From a virus: a stretch of 64,000 nucleotides of DNA. The DNA is taken from positions 81,244-145,243 of IMG/VR virus record IMGVR_UViG_3300025141_013434; one strand, given 5' to 3'. A model generated the notes under the pieces. It did not search any database. It was not told the DNA's origin and saw only the letters and a list, made by a program, of their open reading frames with translations. Position 1 is the first letter of the stretch. Each line of letters begins with the position of its first letter. Shown here one piece after another: positions 47,247-57,060 of this stretch. The position numbers and the translations under genes are program-made.

Positions 47247-47944
47247 TCAATATAACCCGCTTCTTTTAGTTCTCGTTCAAATTCTTCGATCTCACTTTCG
47301 TGGCAGAGATTTTTATATTTTTCTAGGTTTTTGCCAATCGAATCCTCTGACAGTTTTCTTTTTCCATAATCTGCACTAGCATCCGCAATACCTAATCGGC
47401 CCTGTACAGACACATTCCAATCATAAACCCAGTCTTCCACATACTTTGGATAATCCGAAAAATTATGATTTTTCTTAATCTTGAAAGCCTTCATGATTCT
47501 TTTTTGAACTTCGTCTGGACTTTTTACCAATTCTTCATAGGATATTTCCACATCAATAATTTCTGAATATTCTTTCCTCTGAGACATAGAAGATATCCAA
47601 CGGCGAGGAGAAACATAATTGCCGTCCGAAAGTACCACGTCGCGGCCGTCCCTTATTACGTTGATAATCCCTATGTTGCTGCTCTTTACCCACTCTGCCT
47701 GTTCCGTGAATTGCGTTTCAGTCGAGCGGGTATTGCTTAATAACGCCGGAGGGAGCCTTTTGCCTATCAAGAACTTTTTGTCACTCTCCTTTTCTACAAG
47801 CTCGTCTATCGTCAACTCGTGTCCGTTGAAGCCCTCTTTATATAGAACTTCAGTGTCTTTGAAGGCGTAACACATCCTTAATAATAAAGTTGTTCCAGTC
47901 TTGGCACACCCTGTAATGAAAATCTTTTTTGTCATATTTTCCAC
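47243..47944 (-). CDS. Sulfotransferase-fold protein
   Basis: ITGCAKTGTTLL (5'-PSB-like), IRDGRDVVLS (3'-PB-like), SYEELVKSP. Confidence 0.7.
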   Translation of the reverse strand: MENMTKKIFITGCAKTGTTLLLRMCYAFKDTEVLYKEGFNGHELTIDELVEKESDKKFLIGKRLPPALLSNTRSTETQFTEQAEWVKSSNIGIINVIRDGRDVVLSDGNYVSPRRWISSMSQRKEYSEIIDVEISYEELVKSPDEVQKRIMKAFKIKKNHNFSDYPKYVEDWVYDWNVSVQGRLGIADASADYGKRKLSEDSIGKNLEKYKNLCHESEIEEFERELKEAGYIE

Positions 47945-48549
47945 GTCTCGTATTCCGGCTGTTTGGTTTTGTTGTTATTATGCATTCTATATCTGTAAAA
48001 GGGGATCTTTAAGTGGTGGATCCTGTATTTATCGCCCAGGCGTTTTCTTAGCTCTTCTTCTTCTTTATGTCTCATTTTCGGGTTGTAGCCGCCAAGCTTC
48101 TCAAAAAGATCCCTTCTGTACATTATAGCACAAGATATATTGTTTTTATCCGCATACCTTCTTTCTAGCGTGTTTTCGTATTCATCGACCATCAAATAGT
48201 CAGAAGAAACACAAAATGCATCATGATTTGCTTCGAGATAAGTTTTCATAATAAAAGCCATATCCTTGTTGATATAATCATCAGCATCGACGCGGAAAAA
48301 GAATTGCCCCCTACAGTTCTGTATTCCCAGATTCGATGCCACTGCAACACCAGAGTTCTTCTTTGTTTTTAAAATTCTTACTTTGTCAGCGAAGGGCTTT
48401 ATTTTTTCTAGAGAATCGTCTGTGCTACAATCATCAACAAGAATGATTTCTACATTCACGTTTGCCTGAGACAAACAACTTCTCAAACATCTAGGGAGAT
48501 AATCTCCATAATTATAATTCGTAACAATTATCGATACTTCTGGCAACAT
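47932..48549 (-). CDS. Glycosyltransferase family 2
   Basis: VSIIVTNYN, LVDDCSTDDS, NSGVAVASNLG, RVDADD, YRYR. Confidence 0.9.
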   Translation of the reverse strand: MLPEVSIIVTNYNYGDYLPRCLRSCLSQANVNVEIILVDDCSTDDSLEKIKPFADKVRILKTKKNSGVAVASNLGIQNCRGQFFFRVDADDYINKDMAFIMKTYLEANHDAFCVSSDYLMVDEYENTLERRYADKNNISCAIMYRRDLFEKLGGYNPKMRHKEEEELRKRLGDKYRIHHLKIPFYRYRMHNNNKTKQPEYETWKI

Positions 48550-48550
48550 A

Positions 48551-49252
48551 TTACTTTCTCAAAATGTCCAATTCTTTTGTCAAGTCTCTAAATTGTTTTA
48601 GAGACTTGTTGTCAAAAGAACAAAGATGTGCGCCTTCGAATTTGCTTTGCGCAAAAATATCATTACTAAAGTGCTTTTCCAGAATCTTTGCGCCGCGGTG
48701 ATGGGCTTGCACTGCTGCTGCGATACCTATCGTGTGATCACTATATCCCGTAAAACTACTCTTTTCAAAATCTTTTGGCATCTTTTTCAACTGCTCATCA
48801 TGGAGAAACGTCGGATATTTAGAGACACAAAATAAATATTGAATGTTTTCAAACCCATACGGAAACTCACCCTCTGGCAGCATGCCTGTTGATATAATCG
48901 TTGGAAGGCCTTTTTCCAATATCTTCTTACATAGCCGCGGGTTTGTGGCAGCTGTCCTACTGGCTATCTTGTGGCGCTTAACATAAGTGCCCTCAAGCCA
49001 TTCAAGTCGTTCTTCATCGAATACTGACGCCATAAACTCTACACCAATAAAATCGCAAAAGGAACTAATCTCGTGAAGATCATCATAACTAATATCTCTA
49101 TATTTCCTATCTGTATTTCCAAAGAACTTTTCAGAATCCATCAATTGCACCTTCACAACGTCTGCGCCGGCAGTAAATGCGGAAAGAGCCATCCGCTTTA
49201 ATTCTTTTATGTCTCCGTGGTGCTGATTGCACAAATCAACTATTATTTCCAT
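48551..49252 (-). CDS. neuB: NeuB/SpsE/PseI-family nonulosonic acid synthase (no C-terminal SAF domain)
   Basis: NQHHGD, AGADVVKVQ, ASVFD, KIAS, IISTGM, CVSKYPT, GYSDHT, LEKHF. Confidence 0.8.
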   Translation of the reverse strand: MEIIVDLCNQHHGDIKELKRMALSAFTAGADVVKVQLMDSEKFFGNTDRKYRDISYDDLHEISSFCDFIGVEFMASVFDEERLEWLEGTYVKRHKIASRTAATNPRLCKKILEKGLPTIISTGMLPEGEFPYGFENIQYLFCVSKYPTFLHDEQLKKMPKDFEKSSFTGYSDHTIGIAAAVQAHHRGAKILEKHFSNDIFAQSKFEGAHLCSFDNKSLKQFRDLTKELDILRK

Positions 49253-49946
49253 GTAAAAACTCCGTCAGCACCCTTTTGGTTTTTGCTTTTATTTCTGTCA
49301 TTATTTCACCATTCATGTCTTTAGCTTGGTATAATTTACCACGAGAAGTAAGAGGCTTTGGTTCAATTTTGTTATTTAATATATTATACACGTTTTCTGC
49401 TAAAAGGTCAAACCCTGTTTTACAAGTTTTCATAAAAACATCATCAGGAGAATCGCGCGATGATAATCCCTGTGTCTGTCTCTGTAATATTATGTCGCCG
49501 CCGTCAATCGAATTATCGATATAATGCACTGTCGCGCCTATGGTCTCTGGGCGCTCCTCTTGCAACGCCCAATATGAACTATCAACGCCGCGGTGGTACT
49601 CAACAAGTCCAGTATGTATGTTAATACAGCCCAGACGGGGTATCGAGAATATTTCCCTTTCTAATAAAGGTGCACCGAAGACAAAACATATATCTGGATT
49701 TAATCTTTTAATTTCTTCTATTATTTGTTTTGAATGCAACTCTTTTGGAGCGCAGAATACCGGGCGCATTCTTTCGATCCACCGGGGCCAGCCTTCTCCG
49801 AAATGATTTAATTCTGATTTTCTAAAATCATCTATACCATTCAATTTAGAAACAATTATTGAATTGTTAATCTCTATTTCTTCTCGTAATCTGTTAATGA
49901 AGGCGAGGTGTCTTAAGCAATTTGATGTTATTATGAGCGACTTCAT
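49236..49946 (-). CDS. Formyltransferase (N10-formyl-THF dependent)
   Basis: CINIHTGLVEYHRG, GATVHYIDNSIDGGDII. Confidence 0.8.
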   Translation of the reverse strand: MKSLIITSNCLRHLAFINRLREEIEINNSIIVSKLNGIDDFRKSELNHFGEGWPRWIERMRPVFCAPKELHSKQIIEEIKRLNPDICFVFGAPLLEREIFSIPRLGCINIHTGLVEYHRGVDSSYWALQEERPETIGATVHYIDNSIDGGDIILQRQTQGLSSRDSPDDVFMKTCKTGFDLLAENVYNILNNKIEPKPLTSRGKLYQAKDMNGEIMTEIKAKTKRVLTEFLHGNNS

Positions 49947-50626
49947 AGTTTTATTGGATTCCTGCCCATTCTTGTAAAGGCTTCTCCCCTATTTGCGTCA
50001 ATAGAATAGCCCCTGATTTTAGTTATACCGTCTATATAACTGCATATATCGTTGAGGATCCCATGTTGCGAGAGGTAAATATCTAGTGCGGCCTTTTTGT
50101 GCATATAGGTTTCTGTTATATCAACTACAATATCTGGATTTGGGTGGGGATCCAATATTTCAAACGACCATAGATCTTTCACTCTGTGGGGCTGACCTAG
50201 TTCTTCTAAAATGTTTTCGTGTGCCTTCCAACATGCTTCTTCTGCCAGGAGAGATGTCCTTTTGTGATCTCTGTGTTTACAAATTTGGTTATGAGTTATT
50301 ACTAAATCCGGCCTTACTTCCCGTATTTTTTGTATAAATTTATGAAAATTTGCTTTCTTATTCGATACCTTTTGGCATTCTAAACCAAAGTTGTGCAGTT
50401 TATATACGCCCAGTGTGGCCGCGGCGTTGTGCGCTTCTTCCATTCTTGTTTCTACGATGTCGCGCGGGATGGTACCTTGTTCCACTCCTGTCGAGCCATC
50501 TGTCACAAAACAGACATGAATTTCAGATCCTTGATTTGACCATTTCTTAATAGTGCCTCCACAACCTATCACCTCATCGTCCTGGTGGGCTGCAAAAACT
50601 AAAACTCTTTTTGGGATATTAATCAT
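49943..50626 (-). CDS. PIG-L/LmbE-family N-deacetylase
   Basis: VFAAHQDDEVIGCGG, VTDG, PDLVITH, HRDH, VDIT...K...Y.SQ. Start placed at ATG 50626. Confidence 0.85.
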   Translation of the reverse strand: MINIPKRVLVFAAHQDDEVIGCGGTIKKWSNQGSEIHVCFVTDGSTGVEQGTIPRDIVETRMEEAHNAAATLGVYKLHNFGLECQKVSNKKANFHKFIQKIREVRPDLVITHNQICKHRDHKRTSLLAEEACWKAHENILEELGQPHRVKDLWSFEILDPHPNPDIVVDITETYMHKKAALDIYLSQHGILNDICSYIDGITKIRGYSIDANRGEAFTRMGRNPIKL

Positions 50627-51224
50627 GTTTCGTTCTCGATTCAACGAACTTTATATCTTCAATAGTATGCACGTCATGGACGTTACAAACATATGCGCCC
50701 GTCTTTATGCTCAGATCCCTTTGGAACACGTAACCCGACTTCATAATCCTAAAAGCTGCATTTTGCATTAAATTTATATCAACGCTTATCAGTTCATTCC
50801 TATCGTGCTTAATAAATTCGCTAATTGCATCATCTAGAATATTCGAAGTAATCTCTGGAGAGTTTGCCTGAAGAGATACGTATATCTGCGATTCCTGAAA
50901 ATTATCTTCTATATATTCCACTGTCGATCGAATGGCTTCCATTTTAAATATATGATCTTCTGACAGCCTTGGGTCTCTGCGATGTATTTTTGCGCCGTAT
51001 TCCGATGCTACTTTTATTATCTCTTCGTCTTCTGTAGATACCCAGACGTCCGAGATCAACTTACTTTCTTTTGCGGCTTTGATCGACCAAGATAACATTG
51101 GCTTGCCCCATATGGGATGAATATTTTTTCTAAGGAGCCTTTTAGAGCCTCCGCGGGCGGGTATAATTGCCGTTATTTTAGGAGCCTTATTGTGTGCAGC
51201 TATAACATCTGCAAGGCCAGTCAT
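50619..51224 (-). CDS. neuA: Acylneuraminate cytidylyltransferase (NeuA/PseF family)
   Basis: IIPARGGSKRLLRKNI, GKPMLSW, VSTEDEEI, LQANSP. GGAGG 6 nt before ATG 51224. Confidence 0.8.
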   Translation of the reverse strand: MTGLADVIAAHNKAPKITAIIPARGGSKRLLRKNIHPIWGKPMLSWSIKAAKESKLISDVWVSTEDEEIIKVASEYGAKIHRRDPRLSEDHIFKMEAIRSTVEYIEDNFQESQIYVSLQANSPEITSNILDDAISEFIKHDRNELISVDINLMQNAAFRIMKSGYVFQRDLSIKTGAYVCNVHDVHTIEDIKFVESRTKHD

Positions 51225-51235
51225 CAAGCCCTCCA

Positions 51236-53251
51236 TCATGGATTAGCTTGCAAAAAGCTAAAAAAGGCATATTTGGGACTTACACACGCAACGCTGGAGA
51301 ACGATATGTTTCTTCTTTCTTTGAAAATTGCCCTAGAGCCTGAATGCAATGCACAAGAATCAAAAAAGATAACATCTCCTGCCTTTCCAGTGCAGACAAG
51401 CAAATCATACTTTGAATCTCCGACTGTTACTGTCTTTTTTCTGTCGACTGGTAGCAACTCGTTGGGTGCACTATCCGGAGAGACGTATCCACAATGTGAT
51501 TTCGGCTTCTTTAGAGAATGTTTAGGCCAAGTGCGAGCTTCACCGTTCTTTGTTGGCCAGTTTGATTCATCGCCATACTTACTAAAACCAGTAAAAGAAA
51601 ACCTATCATGCAAGTGTTGTTTGTCATACTTCTTCTTCGCCCTGTGTGAACCTAGAGCGAAAAGCAGAGGAGCTGTAAACTCATCAACATCCTCCAAGAG
51701 AACCATCGCCTTAAGTCTGGTCACAGAAACATCGCGGTGCCAGCCATTGTGATTTATCGGAGATGGATATATCCATTCCGTGTTGCTCCTCCAATCATTA
51801 CGGGCAGGAACATTTTCATAGCCCGCGAATATGGCTTCAAAGATCGGATTTTTTGTGAGCTTCTCAACACCAGGGGGATGATTGTTGTTAAATATCTTCG
51901 ACTGCATTCTTAGCTGACCATCGTTTGGAAGAGAGGGGGTGTTCCAAAAAGCATCGGGCTTGACGGGGCCCAATATCTCTCTCCAATTGTCAACAAAAAT
52001 TTCCCACCGCTTGGGCCCAATTGCGAATTCTTGTATAACTCTCGAATTAACATATCCCGATATATACTCCCTGGGGTGGAGCTTATCTTTTATCATGTCT
52101 TGAAAGTCTTTTATTTCTTCTAATTCTTCTTCTGAAAAAAGCTTTTCTACTTTTACTATTCCGTTTTTAAACAATTCTCTCACATGCGGCCTAGCTTCTT
52201 CCGGGCAGGAAGAGGACTTTAAGTATTTTTCTTGCTCTTTGTCAAAGAAATTATACATATCAACGAAAAAATCCTTATCTTCTCGCATATTATCACCGAC
52301 AAGGGTCAACTCAGAGAAATCGAATTCTCCTGTATAACGAGATTGCATTTGCTTTTTTATAGAAACATCAGAATTCCAGTCAAGATCTTTTACTGCAGAA
52401 TACGCTCTTTCGGCGATAGACCTTGCCAAATCTTTTCCCTGTGCTGTTTTTTGCACATTTGTCTTAAAAAACCAAAAATCTAAACAATTAGTTTGAAGAG
52501 TTGCTCGGGTTCCTGGTAACTTTATGTTGTGACCTCTTGGCGAACATATGACTTTAAATCCATTTTGCTCGAACCTCTCTACGATTTTATTGGTTTTCGC
52601 GACGGCGGCTTCAGAGGACATATTCAAAACTTCACGAAGATATTGTAGATGAAATTCTCCGGTTAATTTTTTACAATTATTTAAAATAAACTCAAAACTT
52701 TCCTCGTTGTCAAAAATGGAATATTCCGACCCCTCTACATCTATCTTCATAAAATCAATATTAGTGATGTTATTCTCTCTCACTAAATCCATAAAGGAGA
52801 TTGTTTCCACATAATCCCGATTGCTCCTTAGGAGCGAATCGTCTGACGATTCGCGCTCGTCCACAGCGATACAATTTACGGTCCCCCATCTTTTGCCACC
52901 TGTTATGTTTGTATCTATCTTAATGAACTCACCAGTATTATCGCCGGTAATAGCACGGCAAATTGGGAAAAAATTCTCTCTTCCTAATACTCGATTCCAG
53001 TCCTTTAAGGCTGATTCTAGAATTTCAGAATTTGAATTTGAAGCCTCTATTGCATAGCATTTTACATTTTCGACGTCGAGGCACATTGAAGTAAAATCTC
53101 CCTTAGACGCGCCGAGGTCGACAACTACGTCACCTTCTTTAATTTTGAAATATTTGAAATATCCATTTTGCCACCCACTTTTTAATAACTTGGGGATCTG
53201 AAAGTCTTTTAGAGATTTTGTTTCTTTGTTTTGTTTTTCTTTGCTTGTCAT
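51236..53251 (-). CDS. Fusion of FkbM-family methyltransferase and PhyH-like 2OG-Fe(II) dioxygenase
   Basis: N-terminal VVVDLGASKG...IDFMKIDVEGSEY...GEFH; C-terminal GWHRD...GSHR...GKAGDVIFFDSCALHSG...R. Confidence 0.8.
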   Translation of the reverse strand: MTSKEKQNKETKSLKDFQIPKLLKSGWQNGYFKYFKIKEGDVVVDLGASKGDFTSMCLDVENVKCYAIEASNSNSEILESALKDWNRVLGRENFFPICRAITGDNTGEFIKIDTNITGGKRWGTVNCIAVDERESSDDSLLRSNRDYVETISFMDLVRENNITNIDFMKIDVEGSEYSIFDNEESFEFILNNCKKLTGEFHLQYLREVLNMSSEAAVAKTNKIVERFEQNGFKVICSPRGHNIKLPGTRATLQTNCLDFWFFKTNVQKTAQGKDLARSIAERAYSAVKDLDWNSDVSIKKQMQSRYTGEFDFSELTLVGDNMREDKDFFVDMYNFFDKEQEKYLKSSSCPEEARPHVRELFKNGIVKVEKLFSEEELEEIKDFQDMIKDKLHPREYISGYVNSRVIQEFAIGPKRWEIFVDNWREILGPVKPDAFWNTPSLPNDGQLRMQSKIFNNNHPPGVEKLTKNPIFEAIFAGYENVPARNDWRSNTEWIYPSPINHNGWHRDVSVTRLKAMVLLEDVDEFTAPLLFALGSHRAKKKYDKQHLHDRFSFTGFSKYGDESNWPTKNGEARTWPKHSLKKPKSHCGYVSPDSAPNELLPVDRKKTVTVGDSKYDLLVCTGKAGDVIFFDSCALHSGSRAIFKERRNISFSSVACVSPKYAFFSFLQANP

Positions 53252-53272
53252 CGATGTTCCTCTTTTATAGCC

Positions 53273-54295
53273 TTATATTAGCATATCCAAGATCCTTTTG
53301 CAAGATTCTTTATGATCAAAAAGGTGATTCTGTCTCGCCCTCTTGAATTCTTCTGTAAGATCCGCGGACGTCAAATAAGTAGCGGCTGCTTGAAGTTGCC
53401 CCGGAGTGAAGTCTGTTTTCAGTTGGATGCAATAATCATAATCATATAGATAATCATGCGTCACTCTAAATCTTTTTTTATTCCCGTTTCTCACGCTCGG
53501 CTTGATATCAAAATTTATAAGCGGAACATTATGCATTACGCACTCTTCTACAGTGGTTGATCCAAAGTTAATGACAAGCTTAGAGACCTCTAAAAGTTCC
53601 TGTGTGGTGTGAGGAAACCAAGATCGATCTTCTAAATGACGGCCCCCGCTCTTCTTCAACATCTCTTTATACTTTCTTGGAATCGGATCTTTGCCTCTGG
53701 TTTTTGCTAATACCCGGAATCCTGACTTTAACAAAAGTTTTAACAACCTTTCCATATTAACTCTACCCAAATCTCTGTTTTTTGGCCAAATTAAAAGAAC
53801 GTTGTTTGTATCTTGTAGTTTATTGTTTTTGAGAGCTTCAGCCTCAGTGAAAGAAACATCGTATTTCGGAATACCGAGATAGAGGTTATTCCCTTCGGTG
53901 CAGCTGTAGTATTTTGCACAAAACTCACTGGGCATAAGGATGTAATCTGCCACTTCTTTATAAAAGTTGTTATAACTTTCTACAAAATCTGTCTGATAAG
54001 TGCACACAACTTTTTTTGTACTAGGAATCTTTTTTAAGATCTCAATTCCCCATCTGTTTTCGCTGGAAAATAAAACGCCAGTACATTTTTTAACCTCTCC
54101 GATCGACCTAATTTCAATATTGTGCTTTTTCGCTAAATCTTTTATTTTGTCCCTGTAGAGAAATGGACAATTATATTTTTGCGAAGGTGCAATATAGAAA
54201 ACAGACTTTAACCCCCTGCTGTTACCCTCTAGCACGAGAGGCATCCAGTATCTAAGGTGGGTCATTTCCCTGAGAACAAATCCAACCTCACTCAC
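53273..54295 (-). CDS. GT-B-fold transferase (CDP-glycerol glycerophosphotransferase/capsule-type; possible nonulosonate transferase)
   Basis: LGIPKYD and SKLVINFGSTTVEECVMHNVPLI patterns; position in the sugar cluster near neuA. Specificity unknown. Confidence 0.5.
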   Translation of the reverse strand: MSEVGFVLREMTHLRYWMPLVLEGNSRGLKSVFYIAPSQKYNCPFLYRDKIKDLAKKHNIEIRSIGEVKKCTGVLFSSENRWGIEILKKIPSTKKVVCTYQTDFVESYNNFYKEVADYILMPSEFCAKYYSCTEGNNLYLGIPKYDVSFTEAEALKNNKLQDTNNVLLIWPKNRDLGRVNMERLLKLLLKSGFRVLAKTRGKDPIPRKYKEMLKKSGGRHLEDRSWFPHTTQELLEVSKLVINFGSTTVEECVMHNVPLINFDIKPSVRNGNKKRFRVTHDYLYDYDYCIQLKTDFTPGQLQAAATYLTSADLTEEFKRARQNHLFDHKESCKRILDMLI

Positions 54296-55205
54296 TCTTT
54301 AACCTTTCTAGGAACTCTTGAATCAACCTGTCGAAGGCCTTTCGGTCGACGTCTTTCAAGTATCCCTCTTCTAAATAATATTTTATCAGATCATCGCCAA
54401 ACAATGAGGAAAACCTCTTACACATCTCGACGTGATCGGGCTTTGCCTTCCATTTATTTAAAAAAGAGGCGTCTTCTTTTCTAATATAATTATATTCGCC
54501 GGGACCCAAGCATGGACCATGACGGTGGCAATATAAGACCTCCTCGAATCTTTCGCCGCGAACATGTACTTTTTTTCTTATCACCTTTTCAGTCCCACAA
54601 GTACTGCACTTATTTAGAATTTTCAAATCCTTATTTTTCACAACAGGAATATCTAAACACCTAAATATCCTACCTAATTCAGAATCAATATCATTAAAAA
54701 AGTGTTCAAAACTTATTATATGATCTGTTTCTGGCCTGAACGTTTGAGCTAGTTCGAAAAGTGAGGACATAAACGTAGTTTTAAACCACTCGAAGACGAT
54801 ATCGTCGGAAACTGTTTTACCATACCTTCTTTCTCCGTATTCTTTCCATTTCTTTATCCAAGTATAATAAAAAGAAACAGGATTTCTAAAGATATACAAT
54901 ATAGAAATATCTGGGTGGAAAGTCCTATGATAATTTATCATCTTAAGCGGCGGCTTATTTAAAACAAGCCACTCGCAATTGTTTATATCTTTTGCTGGTA
55001 AGAGTTGCTCTTTTACAATCTTTTTCGGGACCAAGCCTCGCGACAACATTTTCTTTAGGTCGCCCTTTGTTGTTCCACCTTGAGACCTAAATGATAATTC
55101 CTTCAAAGCAGCTATAGATGGGTGGCCATGTATCTTGTGTAAAACAAAGTGTGACCCGATGCCGCCGCTGGCTGTTATTAGTGCAGAAAACTTAAATTTA
55201 CTCAT
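54288..55205 (-). CDS. Divergent sulfotransferase-fold protein with Cys/His insertion
   Basis: ITASGGIGSHFV...HPSI, IFRNPVS, ISFEHF...LGRIF; CSTC...CHRHGPC. Confidence 0.5.
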   Translation of the reverse strand: MSKFKFSALITASGGIGSHFVLHKIHGHPSIAALKELSFRSQGGTTKGDLKKMLSRGLVPKKIVKEQLLPAKDINNCEWLVLNKPPLKMINYHRTFHPDISILYIFRNPVSFYYTWIKKWKEYGERRYGKTVSDDIVFEWFKTTFMSSLFELAQTFRPETDHIISFEHFFNDIDSELGRIFRCLDIPVVKNKDLKILNKCSTCGTEKVIRKKVHVRGERFEEVLYCHRHGPCLGPGEYNYIRKEDASFLNKWKAKPDHVEMCKRFSSLFGDDLIKYYLEEGYLKDVDRKAFDRLIQEFLERLKSE

Positions 55206-56107
55206 TTAGTTAAATCCTTTTCAAATAAATTAAAATATTGATTAAGGCAAGACTCCCAGTCTGTTGGTTGCATCTTATTTTGTTTGTATTTTTTCGAAGT
55301 AATTATTGATAATAATTCTTCTGTATCTTTAAAAACCATATCTTCCCCTGCAAACTCGATACAACCTCCTCCTTCGGTGTACACGTAGGTTGGTATTTTA
55401 CAAGCCAAGCTTTCTAATATGTGGTTCGGGCCAGGATCGAATCGTGACGCGCTAATATATAAATCATATTTTCCTAATTCTCTCCCCAGTTCTTCTCCGA
55501 AAAGTGGCGGTATAACTTTGGTGTTTTTGAAGGTTCCCATTTCCCGGCCAATATAAGTAAAAGTAAAGTCTTCGTTTTCACCTACAAAATTGTCTATCTC
55601 GTTGTAAAAATCAAAACCTTTCATAAAATTATCCGACCAGTGATGGGTTACAATATTGACTTTGCCATTATTAATTTTTTCTCGTTTTTGAAATATCTCC
55701 AAATCTGCACCGTTATAAATGGTTGAATAGTTTTTGCATTTCCATCCCTTTATTGAATGGTAGTTTTGCATCCAGTTAGACACAAACACAGTATGATCTA
55801 ACCACTCGCTACAAGACAACAGAAAAACATCCATAAAGTCTGTATTTTTCCTAGCATCACATTCATTTATCCTTTGTACAAGTTTTGTATTCTTATGAAA
55901 CTTACGATAATGAATCGCCTCATTAATCCCTATTCCAACTTTTGCACTTGGTCGAGGATCTTGTAAAAATATTAAATCTATATTATCCTCAAAAACATTT
56001 GTTATCTTATGGCCCCTTTTTGTACCGATTTCATAAAAAGCTTTAACAAACTTATTCCCTCCTCCCCAGGGGCCATTCACTATTTGCCTATTGATTAATA
56101 TCTTCAT
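55202..56107 (-). CDS. Glycosyltransferase, GT4-like
   Basis: PWGGG N-terminus, FVSNW, IYNGAD, KG, SRFDPGPNHILESLACKIP. Confidence 0.75.
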   Translation of the reverse strand: MKILINRQIVNGPWGGGNKFVKAFYEIGTKRGHKITNVFEDNIDLIFLQDPRPSAKVGIGINEAIHYRKFHKNTKLVQRINECDARKNTDFMDVFLLSCSEWLDHTVFVSNWMQNYHSIKGWKCKNYSTIYNGADLEIFQKREKINNGKVNIVTHHWSDNFMKGFDFYNEIDNFVGENEDFTFTYIGREMGTFKNTKVIPPLFGEELGRELGKYDLYISASRFDPGPNHILESLACKIPTYVYTEGGGCIEFAGEDMVFKDTEELLSIITSKKYKQNKMQPTDWESCLNQYFNLFEKDLTK

Positions 56108-56118
56108 GGACGTGCCTG

Positions 56119-57060
56119 TTAATAAACTGGGGTGCCATTAGTGTTTGGTGGATTTTTTGGCTTTATCCAACTGCCTTGAGAATCGACTGGCAAATTCCAA
56201 CCCAAAGCCTCCGAGACATCTTCTATAGACACTGGAATTTTATTGTTTTTGTGCTTTTCCAATAATTCTTGATAATCGTGAATCTTGTAATATTTTACTT
56301 TCTTATCATCACCGGGTGGGGCCCAATAATCACCGTATCTGGTCATTCCTCTGATTCTTGCGTTCTCTCCCTTTTCATTGAAGATACCAACCGAAACGGG
56401 AATTACCGGGGCGCTATAAAAGACAGTCATTGAATTTTCTCTCAATAATCTTTCTGCTTTTTTCAACATCTTTGTCTCGGAGTCTTCACCGCCTTCGTGG
56501 GACAGGTTGTCTATATCCCAAGGATAAATTAAGTCTAACATTTTCTTTGTAACCATACAGTTCATTGCGCCCATTACGGGATTTCGATTATAGTGATACA
56601 GGAATTTAAAATCACTACTACCCAGGGCATTTGAGTATGTGCCGGCACGATTTCTCACTCTTCTTTGTGCATCGAAAGAGATACACCCAGTAGTGTCTTC
56701 GTAGTTTTCAAAAAAATCAACATATTCTTTTAACCAGCCACCTTTGATGATAAATTGAAAATCTGCGGGGATGGGCGCTACATACTTCCCTGTTGCATTT
56801 TCTACTACGATGTTTAATGCCTTTGCATACTCATTCGAAGGGTTTCTCTCTTTTTGTCTAAAAACCTTAAATCCCCTTTTATCAAGATTCTCTAGATATT
56901 CCTCTGTACCCTCTTCTGTCGAGGCGTTATCAACAACTATTATTTCCTTTTCTGGATAATCTTCTGTACAAATTAAAAAAGATTCTAAACAACTTCTCAA
57001 ATAGTGAAGTCGATTACAGTTTATGAAACCAAAAGTAACTTTGGGTAATTTATTTTTCAT
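56119..57060 (-). CDS. Glycosyltransferase family 2
   Basis: CNRLHYLRSCLES, IIVVDNASTEEGT, ALN...ATGKY, GGED. Confidence 0.8.
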   Translation of the reverse strand: MKNKLPKVTFGFINCNRLHYLRSCLESFLICTEDYPEKEIIVVDNASTEEGTEEYLENLDKRGFKVFRQKERNPSNEYAKALNIVVENATGKYVAPIPADFQFIIKGGWLKEYVDFFENYEDTTGCISFDAQRRVRNRAGTYSNALGSSDFKFLYHYNRNPVMGAMNCMVTKKMLDLIYPWDIDNLSHEGGEDSETKMLKKAERLLRENSMTVFYSAPVIPVSVGIFNEKGENARIRGMTRYGDYWAPPGDDKKVKYYKIHDYQELLEKHKNNKIPVSIEDVSEALGWNLPVDSQGSWIKPKNPPNTNGTPVY

